Below are positions 58,901-64,000 of a stretch of 64,000 nucleotides of DNA, piece by piece. How positions within the stretch are numbered: the first letter of the stretch is position 1; each line of letters starts with the position of its first letter. This DNA is from an uncultured Acidobacteriota bacterium (GTDB lineage Bacteria; Acidobacteriota; Thermoanaerobaculia; Multivoradales; SZUA-115), in NCBI GenBank assembly GCA_963805975.1, contig CAWDVR010000001.1, positions 704,001 to 768,000 on the forward strand, written 5' to 3'. Below the pieces are notes generated by a model that worked only from the letters and a program-made list of their open reading frames with translations, was not told where the DNA came from and did not search any database. A program made the position numbers and the translations under genes.

Positions 58901-60242
58901 GGGCCTGCGGCGCCGCGTCGTGGTGGCCACCACCTCGCTCTTCGCGCTGCTGATCGCGGTCGGCGGCCGGCTGGCCCGCAACTTCACGAAGCCTTTGCAG
59001 GAGCTGGTCGAGGGCACGCGGCGGATCGCCGCCGGCGCGCCCTCGCTCGACCTCGCGCCCTCCGACCTCGAGCTCGCCGCGCTGGTCAAAGCCGTGGACG
59101 AGATGGCGCGGCGCATCGCGCGCTCGCGCGGCGAGCTGCTGCGCGAGAAGGCGGTGGTGGAGCGGATGGTCGAGAGCATCACCTCTGGCGTGGTGTCGCT
59201 CGACGCCCGCCACCGCGTGGTGATGCACAACCGGGTGGCGGCCGAGCTCCTGGGCGTGGCGATCGGCGACCAGCTCGAGCAGGTGGCGGCGGCGCGCGAG
59301 CGCCTGCGCCCGCTCTCGACCTTTCTCGCGAGCCTGCCCGCGGCGAGCGACGGCAATCCGCGGCGCGAGACCGTCCGCTTCGGCGGCTTCGCCGGGGGCG
59401 AACGGGAGTGGACGCTTGTCTGGGTGCCGCTGCCCGCGGTTTCCGGGGCGGGGGTTTCCGGGGCGAGTGTCTCCGGGGCGCCGGCCGAGGGCTCCGGGGA
59501 GCCCGCCGCGCTCCTGGTGGTGGAGGACGTGACCGAGGTGTTTCGCGGCCAGCGCCTCGCCGCCTGGGCCGAGATGGCGCGCATGATCGCCCACGAGATC
59601 AAGAACCCGCTCACCCCCATCCGCCTCTCGGCCGAGCACATGCGCCAGGTGCGGGTCCGGGACCCCGAGCACTTCGACGAGATCTTCGAGCGCTGCACCA
59701 CCAACATCCTGCACCAGGTGGACGAGCTGCAGCAGATCGCCTCGGAGTTCTCGACCTACAGCCGCATCCCGCGGATCGAGGTGCGCGAAGGCGATCTGCG
59801 GCCGGCGCTCGCGGCGCTGGTCGAAGGCTACCGGGCGGCGCCGCCGCCGGGGCTCGAGGTGGCGGGAACGCTGCCGGCGGAGCCGGTGGTGGTGCGTTTC
59901 GACGAGCGGCTGCTCTCGCGCGCGGTGCGCAACCTGCTCGAGAACGCGGTGCGCGCCGCCTCGGCCACCCGGGAGGTCAGGAACGGCGGCCGGGTGGAGC
60001 TGACGCTCGAGGCGCAGCCCGCGGCCGGCGAGGCGCGCCTCGCGGTGCTGGACACCGGGCCGGGCGTGGCGCCGGACCTCCTGCCGCGTATCTTCGATCC
60101 CTACTTCTCGACCCATGACACCGGCACCGGCCTCGGGCTGCCCATCGCGCGGCGCATCGTCGAAGAGCACGGCGGCACGATCGCGGCCCGCAACCGGCCG
60201 GGCGGCGGGCTCGAGGTGGAGATTAGAATCCCGCTCGCATGA
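55968..60242 (+). CDS. Large multi-TM sensor histidine kinase (HAMP-PAS-HisKA-HATPase, NtrY-like C-terminus)
   Basis: Many TM helices; AWAEMARMIAHEIKNPLTPI, NLLENA, DTGPG, PYFST, GTGLGL. Confidence 0.9.
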   Translation: MPRNPPLTETLISRPSAVETVLLAASAATPLLPAPWGALALVVLAALWWRRRPSRRELAVALPALALAAVLLAAGWLASRPDVRTLEAWDVAATRQYGRLWAELDDLAREAREAVGRAPVTRAERQAAFARLAEVATPGGTDRASVLLVDPDGEASAWSGSGLLHEPTPEELPPRGRHFRAGFTAVTLMVIEPLDDSRRPWRVVAGRSFPTDRLPFPPPGGEADTDFRWSVVEETRDPAGAEGLRLAPALLPAMVITPRPLLARGLAEASPIWGRAAWAALAAALLAVVVLRGVGLLLTGGARGSHAGSLTALALAGTAAAASAAGAPGTAVAALGLGVLLAALGLAWQAPEMPPWATAVAGGSAALAVGFLAWLFQEALGPLDLGSDLWAGTEVFCLRLAAGVAAFGLLALAGRRRKPSVEASVAGSSVGGGGHALAWWAAGLLLLASLAADRPPIALLLLALSGVAIALWLAHRRLLAEAGSFAAFVALAWITGAVGWEVAYRQLLRLEVERQVLPRLAPPSSAEMDAVASEVSGFLDALDLESLTARPLDGMDRRDLAYAVWRQSPLARRSALSAVKLVPADPEVLPSLGAFPERTVFSFGLPLSDAGEAVWEPASSPDPVLPAWDDLLVNGEVRLTAGGRPWGTARWWLVPRPGFGLGRRESAEQVVVGLLRGAPGDPQSAIGLPEPVLYALYPGDGRPLVSPWQDEPPAPAPVVAGDRFSGLVETPEGPTWAFARRGADGYEALYLPRLQGLEAPERVGTAAATALLFVAVATLIALLLALPRPAFRDLVTRAVRSYSRRLLLVFTALLVVPFLLLDLVLLRTVEASLSRDQEARGEQAIVAAQQAALATIAGQEPGFGIDTALSTEYLKDLSRLVDHDVNVYFGSAFLSSSSGELFTAGLLPRRIPGEVYARLALEGYGIAERTSRAVDTPYLELYRPMALPGAAEGEADEPRIFLSVPLLAQQEEAAGVLAGLRRRVVVATTSLFALLIAVGGRLARNFTKPLQELVEGTRRIAAGAPSLDLAPSDLELAALVKAVDEMARRIARSRGELLREKAVVERMVESITSGVVSLDARHRVVMHNRVAAELLGVAIGDQLEQVAAARERLRPLSTFLASLPAASDGNPRRETVRFGGFAGGEREWTLVWVPLPAVSGAGVSGASVSGAPAEGSGEPAALLVVEDVTEVFRGQRLAAWAEMARMIAHEIKNPLTPIRLSAEHMRQVRVRDPEHFDEIFERCTTNILHQVDELQQIASEFSTYSRIPRIEVREGDLRPALAALVEGYRAAPPPGLEVAGTLPAEPVVVRFDERLLSRAVRNLLENAVRAASATREVRNGGRVELTLEAQPAAGEARLAVLDTGPGVAPDLLPRIFDPYFSTHDTGTGLGLPIARRIVEEHGGTIAARNRPGGGLEVEIRIPLA
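59439..59480 (+). repeat. Three copies of a 15-nt in-frame tandem repeat (VSGAG VSGAS VSGA)
   Basis: GT(T/C)TCCGGGGCG at 59439, 59454 and 59469. Confidence 0.85.
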
Positions 60243-61702
60243 GAGGCCGTCACCCGTCGTTCTCGGCGCTCGCCCAGGCCGCCGCACTGGCGGCGGCAGT
60301 GCTGGCGCTCGCGGCCTGCCCGGGCGGACGGGGGCGGCTCGAGAAGCCCGAGCGCTCCGTGCTCTGGGTGACGCGAGGCGGCACGCTCGACTACGCCGAC
60401 TTCGCGGCCCTCGGGCAGCGGGGCGTGGGAGAGCTGTTCGTCGAGGCCGGGCGCCTCTCCTGGCAGGGCGCCAGCCCGCGCATCGAGCCGGTGCCGACTC
60501 TCTCCCTGCCGCGGCGTACCGAGGTCACGCTGGTGATCACCGGCGCCTGGCCCCAGGAAGAGCTGGAGGCCGGAGAGACCGCGGCGCGGCTCGCCGGGGA
60601 GCTGGCCAGGGTCGCGGCGCGTGCCCGCGAGGCCAATCTCGAGGCCCTGGGCTTCCACTTCGATGTCGGCGCCAGGCGCTCGCTCGCCGGCTACGGCGCG
60701 ACGCTCGGGGCGCTGCGGCGCGAGCTCGAGCCGCCGGCCTTCGTGTCGGCGACCGTGGAGCGCACCTGGCTCGGCGAGAAGGCCCTTCCCGACCTGGCAC
60801 GCGCGGTGGACTTCCTGGTGCCCTTCCTCTACGGCCAGCGGCCGGGCGAGCCCGAGGACGCCGCGGCCTGGGACCTGCGGCGGGTGGAGGAGAACCTGCG
60901 CCAGGTCGAGGCACAGGGCAGCCGCTACCTGGTCGGCGTGGTGACGCTGGCCCGTACCCTGGAGATCGGCGGCCGGGGCGCCGAGACCACCCGTGTGTCG
61001 CTGCCCGCGCTGGTGCGCAACCCGGCGCTCGAGCTGGCCATCGGCTTCAGCCTCGAGGGCCTCGACCGCTCGGTCTACCAGTTCAAGGCGCGGGAGGCGG
61101 TGACGGTCGGCGGGCTCGAGCTGAAGCGCGGGGCAGGCATCCGGGTGATGGGCCTCGCCACCCACCACGTGGAAGAGCTCGAGCGCCGGCTCGGGGCGCT
61201 GGACCTCGGGCGCAAGCTCGGCACCGCCTACTACCGTCTGGCCGGGCCCGAGGAGCGGATGTCGCTGTCGCTCGCCAACCTCGAGCTGGCCCTGGCGCCG
61301 GAGCCGGCCCTCGCCGCGCCGCACCTTCGCCTGCTCCCGGCCGGCAACCGGCGCTACACGGTGGAGGTCGAGAACCAGAGCTCCGAGCGCTCCGACGTGA
61401 TGGTGCTCGCCGGCAACTTCGTCGAGCTGCGGGTGGCGGGCGGCACCTTCCTCCGTGCCGATCCCGGCGCCTTTCTTCGCTGGGAGCTCCTGGAGGAGCG
61501 CGGCGGCGAGCTGGTGCGCTCCTTCCGCCGCGCCACCGTGCTCCGTCTCTACGCGCCCATCCTCGACGGCGGCGAGACCCTGGCAAGCGGCGCGATCGAC
61601 GTGAGCGGCGGCACGGTCACGGCCTCCGGCTCCTTCGTGGTGCCGGGCGGCAAGGCGGTGGCGGCGGTGGTGGACGTGGCGCCCTCGACCCGGCCCGAGT
61701 AA
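60239..61702 (+). CDS. Hypothetical lipoprotein (possible GH18-like barrel plus a beta domain)
   Basis: LAAC lipobox; ATGA overlap with the kinase stop; GFHFDV and VDFLVPFLYG resemble barrel strands without the DxDxE motif. Confidence 0.6.
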   Translation: MRGRHPSFSALAQAAALAAAVLALAACPGGRGRLEKPERSVLWVTRGGTLDYADFAALGQRGVGELFVEAGRLSWQGASPRIEPVPTLSLPRRTEVTLVITGAWPQEELEAGETAARLAGELARVAARAREANLEALGFHFDVGARRSLAGYGATLGALRRELEPPAFVSATVERTWLGEKALPDLARAVDFLVPFLYGQRPGEPEDAAAWDLRRVEENLRQVEAQGSRYLVGVVTLARTLEIGGRGAETTRVSLPALVRNPALELAIGFSLEGLDRSVYQFKAREAVTVGGLELKRGAGIRVMGLATHHVEELERRLGALDLGRKLGTAYYRLAGPEERMSLSLANLELALAPEPALAAPHLRLLPAGNRRYTVEVENQSSERSDVMVLAGNFVELRVAGGTFLRADPGAFLRWELLEERGGELVRSFRRATVLRLYAPILDGGETLASGAIDVSGGTVTASGSFVVPGGKAVAAVVDVAPSTRPE

Positions 61703-61750
61703 CGAACGCGGCGCAGGGCGGCCCAATCTTCCTCCAGAGGAGGTTTCACC

Positions 61751-64000
61751 ATGCCGCTACGCCGCACGGGTTTCCCGCGCTCCGGCCTTGCTCCGCTCGC
61801 CGCCGCCGTACTGCTCGCCTTCGCCTTCGCCTTCGCCTCCGCCGAGCCCGCCCGTGCCCAGACGTGCTGGGCGTACGTGAACACCCCGGCCTCGGCGCCG
61901 ATCAGTTGCGTGGATCAGGGCGACCTCTCGCCCGGCTGCTTCTGGAATGGCGACTGCCACGACGATCTCGACCTTTCGGACTGCTGCACGACCATCCCCG
62001 GCGGTCCGCAGAGCGTCCTCCAGATGCACTCCGCCTGGCATAGCTGCTTCGGCGCCATCGGCGACTCGGACGGCGACAACCCGCCCATGCGGGGCAACCG
62101 TTGGTACGCCTTCCATCGCCAGATCGAGCACGACTACAACCTGTGGCGCGAGAGCGGTAACTTCTGCAACCCCACGGCCGGCAGCCCCCAGGGGTGCAAG
62201 ATCGAGTCGGTCGACTGGTGCCCGAATATGCTGCTGCCGTACGGCTTCGACTGCGACCTCGCGGCCGGCGGCACCGGCTGCGGCACCCAGGGCTTCGTCG
62301 CCGACAACTCGGCCCAGGACTGTAACCCCACCCTCGGCAGCACCAATCCCTGCCGGCCCAACAACGCCGCCTGCCCCGGCTGCCAGGCCTTCCCGCAATG
62401 CCTGTTCCTGGGCGGCGCCGGCCCGGCGGCGTGCCCGCTGGCACCCAGCGCCTCCTGCTCGGGCACCGGCGTCAACCTGCCCCACACCGAGCTGGCGGAC
62501 TTTCCGGACGTCGAGGAGCTGACCACGCTCCTGGACTCGAGCTTCCACGGCAACATGCACGGCGCCGTGGGCACCGCCGGCCCCTGCGGCGACATCAACA
62601 GCTCCGGCTGCTCGGTGCGCGATCCCATGTTCTGGCGCCTGCACAAGGCGATCGACGACGTGGTGCGCGCCTGGCAGGACATCAACGCCACCGACGTGAT
62701 GGTGGTGGTCGACCGCTCGGGCAGCATGAACGAGCTGGACTCGACGGGCGACAGCAAGCTCACCGCCGCGCTCGAGGCCGCCGACCTCTTCGCCGACCTG
62801 ATGGAGGACGCCCGCGCCGACGGCCAGACCAACCGCATCGGCGTCGTCTCCTACGCCTCGAACGCCGGCGACGCGGCGCGCAACCTGGCGCCGATCGCGG
62901 CCGGGCCCACGCTGCGCGATCCCGGCCAGCCGTTCCCCAATGTGCTCGCCGCGATCGGCGGCGCGGGCGGCGGCGGCTGCACGGGCATCGGCAGCGGCAT
63001 CCAGGCGGCGGCCGACCAGATCTGCCCCGGGGGCGACTGCGGCGCCGTGCCCGATCCGCCGCCGGCCGGCACCAACCGCCGCAAGTCCATCCTGCTGCTG
63101 ACCGACGGCATCGAGAACGTGCCGCCGTGCCTGCAATCGGCCGGTCCCGCCGGCGCGACCTGCGGTGGCCAGTGCTTCGGCGCCACGCTCGATGCGACCC
63201 GGCTCTACGACACCCAGGTCTGCGCCGTGGGCTTCGGCGACGCCGGCTCGCTCAACGGCGATCTCCTGACCCTCTTCGCCGAGCGCCAGGGCGGCATCTA
63301 CATGCAGAACCCGGCCCTCGACCCGGACGGCGAGTGGATCGATCTCAAGGACTTCTTCGCCAAGTGCTTCGGCCAGTTGACCGACGAGTTCCTGGGGCTC
63401 GATCCCAAGGGCATCCTCGCCCCCGGCCAGGCGGCCAGCGAGGCCATCGAGTACACCTCCTGCGGCGACGGCAAGCTGACCTTCGTCGGCGGCTGGAAGA
63501 CGGCTGTCGACCGCGGCGAGCTGCGCCTGCTGATCCACGCCCCGAACGGCGACCTGGTGCGACCGGGCGCCGGCGTGGAGACCTCGACCCAGGCCACCTG
63601 GGACTTCTCCCGGCTGCGCCTGCCCTACGGCACGGCCTCGACCGGCCTCTGGCAGGCCCACCTCGTGCGCCCCCACCGGGCCTTCGTCAACGGTTTCACG
63701 AGCGACGCCTTCGCCGACCCCAAAGCCGGAGTCGAGCTGGTGCGGCGCGAGATCCAGCGCCTGTGCCCGACGGGATGCAAGCGGGTGCTCTACTTCGAGG
63801 ACCAGACGCTCGGCACCTCGGTCTACGACAAGGCGATCCAGGTCGAGCTCGGCACGCGCCTCCTGGGCACAGTCTCCCGCACCAACCGGCCCGACGAGCT
63901 GGCGGGCCTGCTGCGCCGCGAGTGGGACCTGCTGGTCTACGCCCACCAGAAGGGCGAGGCGCCGGAGCCCTACGACGGCCCCCTTGCCGAGCGGATCTGC
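61751..64000 (+). CDS. Secreted Cys-rich type-3 dicopper domain + VWA protein (runs off the window end)
   Basis: Manual translation from ATG 61751 after GGAGG: signal peptide, HSAWH...RGNRWYAFH, FHGNMH...RDPMFWRLH, VVDRSGS, LLTDG. Confidence 0.85.
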   Translation, partial: MPLRRTGFPRSGLAPLAAAVLLAFAFAFASAEPARAQTCWAYVNTPASAPISCVDQGDLSPGCFWNGDCHDDLDLSDCCTTIPGGPQSVLQMHSAWHSCFGAIGDSDGDNPPMRGNRWYAFHRQIEHDYNLWRESGNFCNPTAGSPQGCKIESVDWCPNMLLPYGFDCDLAAGGTGCGTQGFVADNSAQDCNPTLGSTNPCRPNNAACPGCQAFPQCLFLGGAGPAACPLAPSASCSGTGVNLPHTELADFPDVEELTTLLDSSFHGNMHGAVGTAGPCGDINSSGCSVRDPMFWRLHKAIDDVVRAWQDINATDVMVVVDRSGSMNELDSTGDSKLTAALEAADLFADLMEDARADGQTNRIGVVSYASNAGDAARNLAPIAAGPTLRDPGQPFPNVLAAIGGAGGGGCTGIGSGIQAAADQICPGGDCGAVPDPPPAGTNRRKSILLLTDGIENVPPCLQSAGPAGATCGGQCFGATLDATRLYDTQVCAVGFGDAGSLNGDLLTLFAERQGGIYMQNPALDPDGEWIDLKDFFAKCFGQLTDEFLGLDPKGILAPGQAASEAIEYTSCGDGKLTFVGGWKTAVDRGELRLLIHAPNGDLVRPGAGVETSTQATWDFSRLRLPYGTASTGLWQAHLVRPHRAFVNGFTSDAFADPKAGVELVRREIQRLCPTGCKRVLYFEDQTLGTSVYDKAIQVELGTRLLGTVSRTNRPDELAGLLRREWDLLVYAHQKGEAPEPYDGPLAERIC

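Noticed and set aside
56072-60118. 1348-aa alternative-frame ORF
   Set aside because: Arg/Gly/Pro-rich off-frame read of the kinase gene
61815-61838. (TTCGCC)n microsatellite in a signal peptide
   Set aside because: Few copies and in-frame, so it cannot phase-vary the gene
61757-63946. 729-aa minus-strand ORF
   Set aside because: Antisense to the real plus-strand dicopper-VWA gene

Overview
A GC-rich (about 70% by eye) bacterial chromosomal window. The Acidobacteria-style VWA proteins and an IFxDGFESGD C-terminal tail suggest Acidobacteriota, probably Thermoanaerobaculia (inference). Housekeeping content: a TolB-amidohydrolase, ParA, a GNAT + NSAR/OSBS + M20 cluster interrupted by fabI, PIN-PhoH, aceE-aceF-lpdA, a three-adaptor MacB-type exporter, hutU and a large histidine kinase. 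No rRNA, tRNA, CRISPR array, integrase or transposase was recognised. The standout is 13.5-19.5 kb: two convergent, paralogous pairs, each a cytoplasmic TPR protein followed by a 460-aa secreted protein, one pair led by an XRE-HTH gene with a perfect palindrome over its promoter. Each secreted protein carries its own short peptide twice (ARHQIVDFGVR in one, VSLAEHARGHMIEIG in the other), identical in amino acids but synonymously diverged in DNA. This resembles an RRNPP/Rap-Phr-like peptide-signalling system with two specificities in a probable diderm (hypothesis). Other leads: an orphan four-gene ATP-grasp/sulfotransferase-like operon, a halogenase + adenylation pair, a degenerate FHA-bEBP, a hemocyanin-type dicopper-VWA protein, an amidohydrolase with a transmembrane insert, a structured intergenic element and several gene relics. 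Three single-base frameshifts look like sequencing errors.
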